Part shown: in pieces, positions 53,353 to 62,793 of the stretch
Numbering within the stretch: position 1 is the first letter of the stretch
How the letters are laid out: each line of letters opens with the position of its first letter
Assembly (NCBI GenBank): GCA_023266335.1
Contig: JAHFQJ010000001.1
Location: forward strand, 17,364 to 81,363
Source: Burkholderiaceae bacterium
GTDB lineage: Bacteria > Pseudomonadota > Gammaproteobacteria > Burkholderiales > Burkholderiaceae
Length of the DNA: 64,000 nt
Reading direction: 5' to 3'
Position numbers and translations under genes: made by a program
The notes under the pieces: model-generated
Databases searched by the model: none
The model's input: only the letters and a program-made list of their open reading frames with translations
What the model was told of the DNA's origin: nothing

Positions 53353-56300
53353 ATGCTATTTAAAATATTACATCAAATATGGGGCGAAATTAACCGCAGT
53401 GTACAAGATTTTTGTGATATTGAAACCATCGATAATGATACATTAGTAGCTAATGATGGTTCTTTAGCATCTATTGTAAAAATAAACGGGTTTAAAACTC
53501 TTATGAGTTCGGCTGATATTGAAGAAATATGTTCAGCTATCAGCTTAACTTTAACTCCTTTTTTAGATAAGCTTGGACATCAATTACAAATTGTCTTTAC
53601 CCGTGATGATGAAGAACATGAAGAATTAGAAGAAATCCGCAACATTAAAAAAAATACGGCTAAACGCCTTAATTTAGAACTTGAAGACTTAATAGATGAA
53701 AGTATAAATAAATATGCAGAATATGTTTACAATGAAAGTTGTTATTTTGTATTTTGGTCAAGACCCGCACTGTTAAATGCTGTTGAGCTTAAAGAAAAAA
53801 CAAAAAAAGAAATTCAGACCCGCATTGATGCTAAATTTCCTCCGGCTGCTCATGCACAAAATTTAGCTATGGATACCGGCTTTCTAATGCAGAGGCATTT
53901 ATCTTTTGTGAATACTGTTAATACTAAACTTAGCCAATTAAAATTTTGTACGCATATATTAGATGCTCAAAGCATGCTGTATGCTATAAAAAAGAATATC
54001 TTACCTTTGCGTACTGCTAAAAATTGGCAAGCTAGTTTTCCCGGACAAAGAATTCCTATACGCTGGAAAACACTACAAGATAGCGATATGTCAGAATTAT
54101 TATATCCATCTATTGCAAGCCAAATTATGACAGCTAATGCATTAGAAGGGGACAAGCAGCTTTTAGATGATACATTGGTAAAATTCGGCGAACGTATTTA
54201 TGCACCGTTGTTATTTGAAATTCCGCCGGTTAACCCGCAATATTTTAATGAATTATTCAATACAATAAACCGTATTCAAATTAAAAACCGTAATGACAAA
54301 ATCTGTGCATTACCCTATAGTATTTGCTTAATGATTGAAGGAGGCGGTTTAAGCGGATTTTCATTAAATGCTGTTTTAGCCAGCATGCTGGGGTTTGCTT
54401 CCAGCACAAACCGTAATATTAATTCTGCTAAAGAAGCATTAATTCATCTAAAAGAAAATAATCAAATTCTGACAAAATTTAAAATTAGTGCATGTACGTG
54501 GGTATGTGCCGGTACCAGTGAAGCTAAAGACTTAACTTTACGTAAAGCTAACTTAATTAAAGCTTTAGAAAGTTGGGGCAACGGCAAAGTAATTGATAAA
54601 ACAGGTTCACCAATGGAAGCACTGCAAAGCACTAGTCTGGGTTTAAGTTACAAACATATTGCCAACGGCGGGGCAGCGCCTTTGAATGATGTACTTAGAT
54701 TACTGCCGGTTACACGTCCGGCAAATATCTTTAAAAACGGTACTATAACTTACCGCTCAAAAGACGGTAAACTGTTTCGCTATCAGCGTTTCAGCAGTGA
54801 ACAAACTACTTGGATTACCCTCATAACCGGACGTCCAGGGTTTGGCAAATCAGTATTGATGAATGATGCTAACATTGAATTATGTATTAGTGCCGGCTTA
54901 AATGAACTGCCGTATATCTGTAATATTGATATTGGCATTACATCACAGGGCATGATTGAGCTTATCCGTGAAAGCTTGCCAAATGATAAAAAACATTTAG
55001 CCATGTATACACGTTTGCAGAACTCTGCTGAATTTTCTGTAAATCCGTTTGATACCGCACTTGGCTGCCGTATGCCTTTACCTAAAGATAAATCATATCT
55101 GATAAATTTTTTAACTATGCTTGCAACACCATCTGAGCGTAAGGGCAATGCTTATGAGGGAATGTCTGATTTTATTTCCCGCATTATTGATGTGGTATAT
55201 ATAAACAAAGCCGGCATTAGCGATAAATCAAATCCCAACCGCTATATAGCAGGGCATAATCTGCGTCTTGATGAAATTGTGCATAAACATAATATTTATT
55301 CGCCAAGTATAAGCTACTGGGAAGTTGTAGACTTATTATTTGAAAAAGAAGAATATTATGCGGCAGAAATTGCACAAAGATATGCAGTGCCATTGCTGGA
55401 TGACTGCGTAAGCATAGCATCTAGTGCTGAAATTATCGAAGAATATAAAAAAGCCTTTACCGAAAACGGAACTCCAATTTATGAAGCATTTCAAATTGGT
55501 ATACGTGGGGGAATTAGCCAATTTACATTGTTTGCCGGCATTACACAATTTGATATTGGCAGTGCAAGAATTATGAGTTTAGATTTAAATGATGTAACCT
55601 CCAGCGGAAAAACAGATACAGAATTTAAACAAAATGCATTAATGTATATGATGGCACGCCAATGCTTGATGAAAAAAATAGCTTTTTCCAAAGAAGATTT
55701 ACTTTATATTCCTAAGCCATATATTTCCTATTACACAAAACTTGTTGATAATCTCACCGATACCTATAAAACTTTGTGTTATGATGAATATCACCGCACT
55801 GGCAATGTGCCAGCAATTGAAAATCAAACTTTGACTGACGCTCGGGAAAGCCGCAAATGGCAAATGGAATTAGTGATAGCTTCGCAATTTTTAGAAGATA
55901 TGGGCGATATTGCCAATATTGCCACTAATATTTTTATTTGTGATGCAGGAACTACAGCCTCCAGAACATATATGACCCATAAAATTGGTTTAACTAAAAT
56001 ACAAGAAGCTGCCTTAATAAATAATTGTACCGGACCCAATGAACATGGCATGTCATTTTTAGCCATTCAAGACAGTCGCAGCCATGCAAAAATTTATCAA
56101 GTTTATACTTTAACTATCGGCGCTAAAAGATTATGGGCATTATCCACCACAGCAGAAGATAGGCGTTTACGCAATTTACTTATGACCAAAGGTTCAATGA
56201 CAAAAGACCAAGCCTTGACTATATTAGCTAAACATTTTCCAGACGGTTCATGCAAAAAAATGGTTGAAATACAAAAACAAGCTATGAGTGTGCGTGATAA

Positions 56301-56412
56301 TTCTAATCTTGAAATAGAAAAAATTAATCATTCAATCGTAGAAAATATCGCTGACAACCTCTTAGCAATGCATTTAGATTTATTACATAACAGTAAAATT
56401 ACTAATTGGTAA
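53353..56412 (+). CDS. VirB4/TraC-clan type IV secretion ATPase, IcmB/DotO (IncI TraU)-like
   Basis: About 1,019 aa from ATG 53353 (the track ORF starts at TTG 53317). The N-terminal module reads DFCDIETIDNDTLVANDGSLASIVKINGF...LQIVFTRDDE, with Walker A LITGRPGFGKSVLMND followed by ICNIDIGITSQG. The Walker B block reads LCYDEYHRTGNVPAIENQTLTDARESRKWQMELVIASQFLEDM (DE..-x-R..RK-x-(S/T)Q..D). Its size fits IcmB/DotO better than an ~800-aa VirB4. Confidence 0.7.
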   Translation: MLFKILHQIWGEINRSVQDFCDIETIDNDTLVANDGSLASIVKINGFKTLMSSADIEEICSAISLTLTPFLDKLGHQLQIVFTRDDEEHEELEEIRNIKKNTAKRLNLELEDLIDESINKYAEYVYNESCYFVFWSRPALLNAVELKEKTKKEIQTRIDAKFPPAAHAQNLAMDTGFLMQRHLSFVNTVNTKLSQLKFCTHILDAQSMLYAIKKNILPLRTAKNWQASFPGQRIPIRWKTLQDSDMSELLYPSIASQIMTANALEGDKQLLDDTLVKFGERIYAPLLFEIPPVNPQYFNELFNTINRIQIKNRNDKICALPYSICLMIEGGGLSGFSLNAVLASMLGFASSTNRNINSAKEALIHLKENNQILTKFKISACTWVCAGTSEAKDLTLRKANLIKALESWGNGKVIDKTGSPMEALQSTSLGLSYKHIANGGAAPLNDVLRLLPVTRPANIFKNGTITYRSKDGKLFRYQRFSSEQTTWITLITGRPGFGKSVLMNDANIELCISAGLNELPYICNIDIGITSQGMIELIRESLPNDKKHLAMYTRLQNSAEFSVNPFDTALGCRMPLPKDKSYLINFLTMLATPSERKGNAYEGMSDFISRIIDVVYINKAGISDKSNPNRYIAGHNLRLDEIVHKHNIYSPSISYWEVVDLLFEKEEYYAAEIAQRYAVPLLDDCVSIASSAEIIEEYKKAFTENGTPIYEAFQIGIRGGISQFTLFAGITQFDIGSARIMSLDLNDVTSSGKTDTEFKQNALMYMMARQCLMKKIAFSKEDLLYIPKPYISYYTKLVDNLTDTYKTLCYDEYHRTGNVPAIENQTLTDARESRKWQMELVIASQFLEDMGDIANIATNIFICDAGTTASRTYMTHKIGLTKIQEAALINNCTGPNEHGMSFLAIQDSRSHAKIYQVYTLTIGAKRLWALSTTAEDRRLRNLLMTKGSMTKDQALTILAKHFPDGSCKKMVEIQKQAMSVRDNSNLEIEKINHSIVENIADNLLAMHLDLLHNSKITNW

Positions 56413-56467
56413 TATAGTCTGCAAATTTATATAATAATGTTATTCTTAAACTAACAATTTAATTTAT

Positions 56468-57199
56468 ATGCCTTTAGTAAATTTTAAAGACACAGTAAAT
56501 ATGTCTATTGATTGTGCATTCGCGTCTAAAAGGACTATCGCAAGAAATGCTAAAATTAGAAACGCATTAAATTTTGCAGGAAATAAAACCCCTCCTAAAT
56601 TATCATCTTGTTATACATATCCTAAAAATTTGACCACCACAGTAGCAGTTTATGCACCTGTATATGATAATGAAACAGATGAAACAAAAATATTTAATCT
56701 AATCCAAACCTTAATGGACGCTAGTATTAGCGGGTCAGATGATTTTTTTAGGATAAAAGATCCGTATGATATGCCGTTAATTAAAGAACAAGCTATGCCT
56801 ATGTTACAACAAATTACAGGTAATCAAAAATTAGATATTCAAGCAGCTTTAGGAAGCGGCTGCACAGCAGGTAAATTTCCCCATCAAGATAACCATTTTT
56901 TGGCTACTTGGTTTTTAAGTGTAAAAGGACCTAGAACTCACCATCTACCAACTAAAGATTCAAATACCATAGTGCAATCTTATAAAGAACAAGGTTTAAG
57001 TGTAAATGATGCAAATGAAAAGTTAGGGCATGATATGAACACCTTATTTTCAGATGAAATGAAAAACATGACAGAAACTCCATATGGAAATGCATTAGTT
57101 ACCACATCTGGCGAACATCAAGGAGGCGGTGCTGTTCATCAAGCCGTTGATTGTACCGGATATACGGACAGGTGCTTTATTACAGTATCAACGTTGTAA
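56468..57199 (+). CDS. hypothetical protein with cupin/2OG-oxygenase-like HxD...H...R pattern (DUF1826-like?)
   Basis: 243 aa. GKFPHQDNHFLATWFLSVKGPRTHHL ... TSGEHQGGGAVHQAVD...TDRCFITVS. The spacing resembles a 2-His-1-carboxylate facial triad plus an Arg. Confidence 0.5.
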   Translation: MPLVNFKDTVNMSIDCAFASKRTIARNAKIRNALNFAGNKTPPKLSSCYTYPKNLTTTVAVYAPVYDNETDETKIFNLIQTLMDASISGSDDFFRIKDPYDMPLIKEQAMPMLQQITGNQKLDIQAALGSGCTAGKFPHQDNHFLATWFLSVKGPRTHHLPTKDSNTIVQSYKEQGLSVNDANEKLGHDMNTLFSDEMKNMTETPYGNALVTTSGEHQGGGAVHQAVDCTGYTDRCFITVSTL

Positions 57200-57316
57200 T
57201 AAAAACAGACACGCCTAGTTAAAATGATTTTTATAGAAAAAGGTAAATTGTAAAGCATAGGTGGGGGCATGGGTCATTGTTTTATTTTCACTCTGCCCGC
57301 CCTATTGACCAAAATC

Positions 57317-58360
57317 TTATGAAGACGAAGACGAGCATATATAATTCTGCCATACTCTCGGCTGATACTGCTCCACTGCTTTTGCAATGGCAGCAATATG
57401 CTCTGGAGTTGTGCCGCAGCATCCGCCCACTAAATTAACTAAGCTATTTTTAGCAAATTCCTCTAAAAATGACGATGTCATTTCTGGAGTTTCATCAAAA
57501 CCAGTTTCACTCATGGGGTTTGGCAAACCTGCATTTGGATAACAGCTTACAGCAACGTTGCATATTTTAGCTAATTCTGCAATATACGGGCGCATTAAAC
57601 TAGCTCCCAAAGCACAATTTAAACCAAAAGTAACAGGGCGTGCATGCCTTAAGCTATTCCAAAATGCCTCAACTGTTTGTCCAGATAAAATCCGCCCTGA
57701 AGCATCAGTAACTGTGCCGGAAATCATAATTGGAATACATTCTTGCGTATGTTCAAATAATTCATCAATTGCAAATAAAGCAGCCTTAGCATTTAAAGTA
57801 TCAAAAATTGTTTCTACTAAAAACACATCTGCACCGCCCTCTAATAAGCCTTTTGCTTGTTCATAATAAGAATTTTTTAATTGAGAAAAGGTAATATTCC
57901 GTGCTGCAGGGTCGTTTACATCAGGGCTGATACTAGCTGTTTTTGGCGTAGGTCCGACTGCCCCAGCGACAAAACGCGGTTTGTCTGTGGTTGAATATTT
58001 ATTGCAGGCATTTTTGGCTAATTGGGCTGCCGCTACATTCATTTCATATGCTAAATCTGCCATATGATAATCTTCTTGGGCAATGCTGGTTGCACCAAAT
58101 GTGTTGGTTTCTATAATATCAGCACCGGCGGCTAAATAATCTTCATGAATTTTTTGAATGATTTCCGGTTTTGAAAAAACTAATAATTCATTATTGCCTT
58201 TTACATCATAGCCATGATTAGCAAACCTTTCTCCGCGGTAGTCTTGTTCAGTAAATTTATACTGCTGAATCATAGTTCCCATTCCGCCGTCTAAAATCAT
58301 AATTCTACGACGCAAAATGTCAGGCATTTGGATACCGCGTGTAAATGGAGTTTTACTCAT
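57317..58360 (-). CDS. metH: methionine synthase MetH, homocysteine-binding (S-methyltransferase) module only
   Basis: 347 aa with [27 protein letters not shown] and [11 protein letters not shown] (zinc-binding Cys). It ends right after the Hcy domain. No pterin/B12/AdoMet modules follow. Confidence 0.85.
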   Translation of the reverse strand: MSKTPFTRGIQMPDILRRRIMILDGGMGTMIQQYKFTEQDYRGERFANHGYDVKGNNELLVFSKPEIIQKIHEDYLAAGADIIETNTFGATSIAQEDYHMADLAYEMNVAAAQLAKNACNKYSTTDKPRFVAGAVGPTPKTASISPDVNDPAARNITFSQLKNSYYEQAKGLLEGGADVFLVETIFDTLNAKAALFAIDELFEHTQECIPIMISGTVTDASGRILSGQTVEAFWNSLRHARPVTFGLNCALGASLMRPYIAELAKICNVAVSCYPNAGLPNPMSETGFDETPEMTSSFLEEFAKNSLVNLVGGCCGTTPEHIAAIAKAVEQYQPRVWQNYICSSSSS

Positions 58361-58474
58361 AATGATTACTGCACTATAATTTTTAAACTTGACTATTCAT
58401 TAGTTAGTTTCAGATATGAGAAGCGAATTATAATAGAAAATGAGACACTTTAAATAAAGCACAAAAAACAGAAC

Positions 58475-58564
58475 TGGCGGATGAGGTGAGATTCGAACTC
58501 ACGGAGGGCATTAACCCTCGTCAGTTTTCAAGACTGGTGCATTAAACCGCTCTGCCACTCATCC
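58475..58564 (-). tRNA. tRNA-Ser (anticodon UGA)
   Basis: The reverse complement is GGATGAGTGGCAGAGCGGTTTAATGCACCAGTCTTGAAAACTGACGAGGGTTAATGCCCTCCGTGAGTTCGAATCTCACCTCATCCGCCA. It has a long variable arm and anticodon loop CTTGAAA, and closely parallels E. coli tRNA-Ser(UGA). Confidence 0.92.
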
Positions 58565-59304
58565 AACCGTTTTGAAATTTTATATGTTTATGCTTTAAAA
58601 GTCAATACTAATATATAAAAAATATACAAAATAAAATTTACTTGTTTTTCTATGATTTTGCAGCCAGCATTCTGTTATCCCATGTTGGGAGTTTTTAGTT
58701 TATCAATATCAAATTTTATATCAACATACTATATTTATATAAATTGTCCAACTCATTTGATTTAGTAAATTTTTCAATAAAAATTATATAGGATTAATAA
58801 TAAAATCTATTTAATACATTTAGCATGAGGCTTACCCTTGTAACTAAATTAATAAAAAAAATCCTACATTATGTATGGTATAAACTTAAAGGCTACTTTG
58901 GCGTAACTGAATATAGAGGCATACTATGAATCAGGTTCGGCAAAGATGTAGAATTGATAACTACCCTACAAATTTCTAAATACTAAGATACAAAAAAATA
59001 CTTAAAAGTAAAAATATTGCATTTATAAAATAACCTATTTTTTACAGCTATGATGCTTAACATGGCAAGTAAGTATCTGGCTGATGTTACTCAATTCATT
59101 CAAGATAACGTATTCTAAACTATGCAAATCCTATATTTAAAGCAAGAGAAGATGTAGAAATAAATCAGAACATACAACTTAGAGATTTAAGGGCAAGAGC
59201 TGGCAGAGATAAAGCAAATTTATAGAATTAATACTTGAGTATCTACCACAACAGTTAATGTCATGCTCAATGCTTTAAGTATTTTTAAATTTATTCTTAA
59301 TTTA

Positions 59305-59682
59305 TTATATTGTTAAAGCGATAGATCCAGCTGCTGCCACAAAAGCAGCAATTGCATTTGCTGTTGATTTAAATCCTGATGCATTTTGCTTGGCACTTAC
59401 TTCAACCTTAAATCCAAAGTTATATGAAAGGGTATTGCATGCACTAAAAATACCATCTTTGTTTAAAATACTTATTGTTTTATTTATATCTTGATCTTGC
59501 ACTGCAACTACATAAACTTCTTCTGTAGAATTATACCCACAGGTAGTATTATGTGATATATTTACCAAAGCATCATTTACTTTTTGCTGACAATCTTGCC
59601 CCCTGCCCTGATCACAATAAGAACCTTTTGACACAACATTATTAGCAAGAGCTAAAGTCATCGTAATTAAAGAATATTTCAT
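59305..59682 (-). CDS. hypothetical secreted/anchored small protein
   Basis: 125 aa with an N-terminal signal-like segment (MKYSLITMTLALANN), four Cys and a C-terminal hydrophobic tail (AIAAFVAAAGSIALTI). Confidence 0.5.
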   Translation of the reverse strand: MKYSLITMTLALANNVVSKGSYCDQGRGQDCQQKVNDALVNISHNTTCGYNSTEEVYVVAVQDQDINKTISILNKDGIFSACNTLSYNFGFKVEVSAKQNASGFKSTANAIAAFVAAAGSIALTI

Positions 59683-59792
59683 ATTATTTTTACCAACATT
59701 CCAACTGAAAACTTATCTTAAATTTTGACTTAACCGTAAAATGTGCGAAATAAAATTACAAAAAGAAAAAAGCCACATAAGGGCTTGTTTAG

Positions 59793-59869
<77 letters not shown>

Positions 59870-59937
59870 TCTGAGTGAAGTAAATTATACTATTAACTAT
59901 AATATAAAGCAAGTATCCATATGAGTAGTATGTATAT

Positions 59938-60054
59938 TATACTAATTGGATTTTAATTTGTGAACTTTGTTGCCGTCAAAATTACGCCTCAACATACTAA
60001 TATGTACATAGACGTTATAATTTATTTGTCGCAAAAGGAACTACAATTACTATA
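59938..60054 (+). repeat. MITE-like dispersed repeat, family A (long copy)
   Basis: tatactaattggattttaatttgtgaactttgttgccgtcaaaattacgcctcaacatactaatatgtacatagacgttataatttatttgtcgcaaaaggaactacaattactata. It lies between tRNA-fMet and the ptsI stop. Confidence 0.75.
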
Positions 60055-60059
60055 TAATA

Positions 60060-61769
60060 TTATAGATCTAAAATACTTTTTTTAATCATATTTGCGTCAT
60101 AAGTAGTTAGAATTGCCTGTACTTTTTCTCTTAATTCTGCAATATCTGATTTTAATATCTGCTCTTTAACTAATAATAATTGATTAGGGTGCATTGAAAA
60201 TTCTCTTAGTCCCATGCCTAGTAATAATTTAGTCATGGTCGCATCTCCAGCTAGTTCTCCGCAAATGCTAACTGGCAGATTAGCTAAATTTGCAGTTTGA
60301 ATGATATGAGCAATTAGATGAATAATTGCAGGGTGGTATTGATCATATAAGTAAGCAACTTGTGTATCGGTTCTATCAATAGCTAGTGTGTATTGAATTA
60401 AATCGTTAGTACCAATTGAAATAAAATCCAAATGCGGAAAAAACATAGGTAATGCAAAGGCAGCTGCTGGAACTTCTATCATCCCTCCTACTTTTATATA
60501 TTCATTAAACGCAATATTTTGACTGCGTAATTCATCCATACATTTTCGGATATAACGGCGTACAGCTTTAATTTCACTGCAATGACTGATCATAGGTATT
60601 AAAATTTGGATTTCTCCATAATTTGATGCTCTTAATATTGCTCTTAGCTGTGTTTTAAACATTTCAGGCTCAGCTAAACTCCAGCGTATGGCACGCAGTC
60701 CTAAAGGTGATGTGCTATTATCCAATTCATGCAAAGTTTTATCTGAACCTATATCAATAGTACGAATAGTTAAAGGTAATCCATCTAGAGCTAACACAGC
60801 TTGATAATATGCTTCAAATTGTTCCTCTTCATCGGGTACTTTATTTTCTTCTTTATGTAAAAAAATAAATTCTGAACGGAATAATCCAACTCCTTCTGCT
60901 CCAGTAGATTTTATATTCATGGCATCTGATGGCAGCTCAATATTTGCCATTAACTTTATACTTATTCTATCTAGTGTTTGAGTTGTTTTATAACGCAATC
61001 TTTCTAATTTTTTGCGGTCAAGATGCTGTTTATCTTGTTTCCACTTATATTCTTCTATAATTGCAGAATCAGGTTCTATTATTACTACACCTCTATCTCC
61101 ATCAATAATAATAAGGTCGTTTTGTTTAATTAGTCTGCTGGCATTATTCAAACCGACAATTGCAGGTATTGCCATACTGCGTGCCATAATAGCTGTATGA
61201 GAAGTGCGTCCGCCTTCATCGGTTATAAATCCGGAAAAAATTTGCTGTTTAAATTGGAGCATATCTGCCGGAGAAATATCATTAGAAACAATGATAGCAT
61301 TATTATGAATTGGAGGAATATAACGGTTTTTATCAAATAATGCTTTAACAACGCGCTCTACAACTTGCTGTACATCAAATTTGCGCTCTTTTAAATATTC
61401 ATCATCTATATTATCAAATTGCTCAAGTAGTGTATCTAATTGTTCCGTAATTGCCCATTCTGCATTATATCTGCGTTCTTGAATAAGTTTTTTTGGTACT
61501 ATTCTCAATAAGTGGTCTTGTAAAATAAGTAGATGTACATCTAAAAATGCCCGCATTTCTTCCGGATAATTTTTAGGCAGTTCATTTTTTAAAGAAGTTA
61601 AATCTTGTTCGACTTGATGAATAGCAGATTCTAAACGGTTAATCTCATTATCTATTTCTTCAGGCAAAATTAAATAATGTTCCACATTTAATATATTTGG
61701 TTCAATAATATGGGCATATCCAATCGAAATACCATTGTAGACACCAATACCAAATAAACTAAATGACAT
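60060..61769 (-). CDS. ptsI: phosphoenolpyruvate--protein phosphotransferase (PTS enzyme I)
   Basis: 569 aa with GGRTSHTAIMARSMAIPAIVG (phosphohistidine) and IGTNDLIQYTLA. No GAF domain, so this is PtsI rather than PtsP. Confidence 0.9.
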   Translation of the reverse strand: MSFSLFGIGVYNGISIGYAHIIEPNILNVEHYLILPEEIDNEINRLESAIHQVEQDLTSLKNELPKNYPEEMRAFLDVHLLILQDHLLRIVPKKLIQERRYNAEWAITEQLDTLLEQFDNIDDEYLKERKFDVQQVVERVVKALFDKNRYIPPIHNNAIIVSNDISPADMLQFKQQIFSGFITDEGGRTSHTAIMARSMAIPAIVGLNNASRLIKQNDLIIIDGDRGVVIIEPDSAIIEEYKWKQDKQHLDRKKLERLRYKTTQTLDRISIKLMANIELPSDAMNIKSTGAEGVGLFRSEFIFLHKEENKVPDEEEQFEAYYQAVLALDGLPLTIRTIDIGSDKTLHELDNSTSPLGLRAIRWSLAEPEMFKTQLRAILRASNYGEIQILIPMISHCSEIKAVRRYIRKCMDELRSQNIAFNEYIKVGGMIEVPAAAFALPMFFPHLDFISIGTNDLIQYTLAIDRTDTQVAYLYDQYHPAIIHLIAHIIQTANLANLPVSICGELAGDATMTKLLLGMGLREFSMHPNQLLLVKEQILKSDIAELREKVQAILTTYDANMIKKSILDL

Positions 61770-62048
61770 AGTTTAACCCCAATGTAGAATATATCAGTAT
61801 TATTTATTTTTATATATGAGAATTATTTAGCATAAAAACTATATTGTATAAAAATAACTGATAAATCTGAAATACAGTAAATAATACAACTATAATCTAG
61901 AGATTTTATAAATACAATAGCTATTGTAGTTTATATACAATTAATTAGTAAAATACATACATCTACAATGAGTATATTTCACTTATACCATTTGGTCAAT
62001 ATTTTACTAGCGGTTATTTTCAGTAATTTTTTTGATTAGTGCTTTTAT

Positions 62049-62747
62049 TTAGTCTTTTGTCAAATAAGTTTTTGCATAATTTCCGTTTGGATCATTGACT
62101 ATTAGGGTTAAATCATGACCACTCATTAAGAGTTTTTTTGCTTCTGACCCTAAAATACCAGCAACTAATGCATAAGAACCGTTTTGAATGTGAGCAGCCA
62201 GCTTAGTTAAATCTCTGCCATTCATTAAGAGTTTTTCTGCTTTTGTCCCTAAAACTTCAGCAACTAATGTATAAGAACCGTTTTGAATGTGAGCAGCCAG
62301 CTTAGTTAAATCTCTGCCATTCATTAAGAGTTTTTCTGCTTCTGTCCCTAAAACTTCAGCAACTAATGTATAAGAACCGTTCATTATATCATCAACTGCA
62401 TTCCGCAATTGTTTGCCTTTTAATGTGTAAATTAATTCCTTTGCAAATTCTTGTCCCACATAAGGCACTATATCTGCATAATGATCTGCAATTCTAAGTA
62501 ATTTGCTTTTTGTAAGATTATTCCCCCTCTCAATAAAACTGCAGACATCGACAAATGTTCTATCTATACAGCAGTTCCACAAGGCTTCTGCATATTCGTC
62601 ATCATTACGACTAATAACATTTTTGGTTAGTGCTTTTAATTCACTACGCCTACTGTTGTCAGCAGATGCATTACCAACATATGTATCGATATATTGATGA
62701 ATAAGACATAGATAGCCTTTTTTTGTGCAAATAGGGACTTCGGGCAT
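62049..62747 (-). CDS. hypothetical 33-aa tandem-repeat protein (ankyrin-length helical repeats)
   Basis: 232 aa. The C-terminal half is built of DLTKLAAHIQNGSYTLVAEVLGTKAEKLLMNGR units. Two are near-identical, and more degenerate units flank them (e.g. LLRIADHYADIVPYVGQEFAKELIYTLKGKQ). Confidence 0.65.
   Translation of the reverse strand: MPEVPICTKKGYLCLIHQYIDTYVGNASADNSRRSELKALTKNVISRNDDEYAEALWNCCIDRTFVDVCSFIERGNNLTKSKLLRIADHYADIVPYVGQEFAKELIYTLKGKQLRNAVDDIMNGSYTLVAEVLGTEAEKLLMNGRDLTKLAAHIQNGSYTLVAEVLGTKAEKLLMNGRDLTKLAAHIQNGSYALVAGILGSEAKKLLMSGHDLTLIVNDPNGNYAKTYLTKD
62119..62381. repeat. 99-bp tandem repeat (about 2.7 copies) inside the 62049-62747 ORF
   Basis: Units start at 62119, 62218 and 62317. 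Units 2 and 3 differ at 1 of the 65 shared nucleotides. Unit 1 is more diverged. Confidence 0.9.
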
Positions 62748-62793
62748 AATTTAACTTATTAAAATAAATAACGTATATTATAATGTATTTTAA

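Noticed and set aside
57250-57302. GC-rich imperfect inverted repeat (aggtgggggca...tgcccgccct) as a bidirectional terminator between the 243-aa ORF and metH
   Set aside because: The stem needs a bulge and a mismatch, the loop is about 24 nt, and there is no clear U-tract. This is too weak to call.
59921-59950. dif-like core (…agtaTGTATATTATact…)
   Set aside because: Only the central TGTATA-TTAT part matches the XerCD dif consensus, and the flanking arms do not. The sequence overlaps the family A repeat terminus.
62119-62381. The tandem repeats as a CRISPR array or as TALE/BAT-like DNA-code repeats
   Set aside because: The repeats are contiguous without spacers and sit in-frame in an ORF, so this is not a CRISPR array. 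The 33-aa length matches BAT/ankyrin repeats. However, the units show no hypervariable di-residue position and there are only about 3-5 units, so a TALE-like code is not supported.
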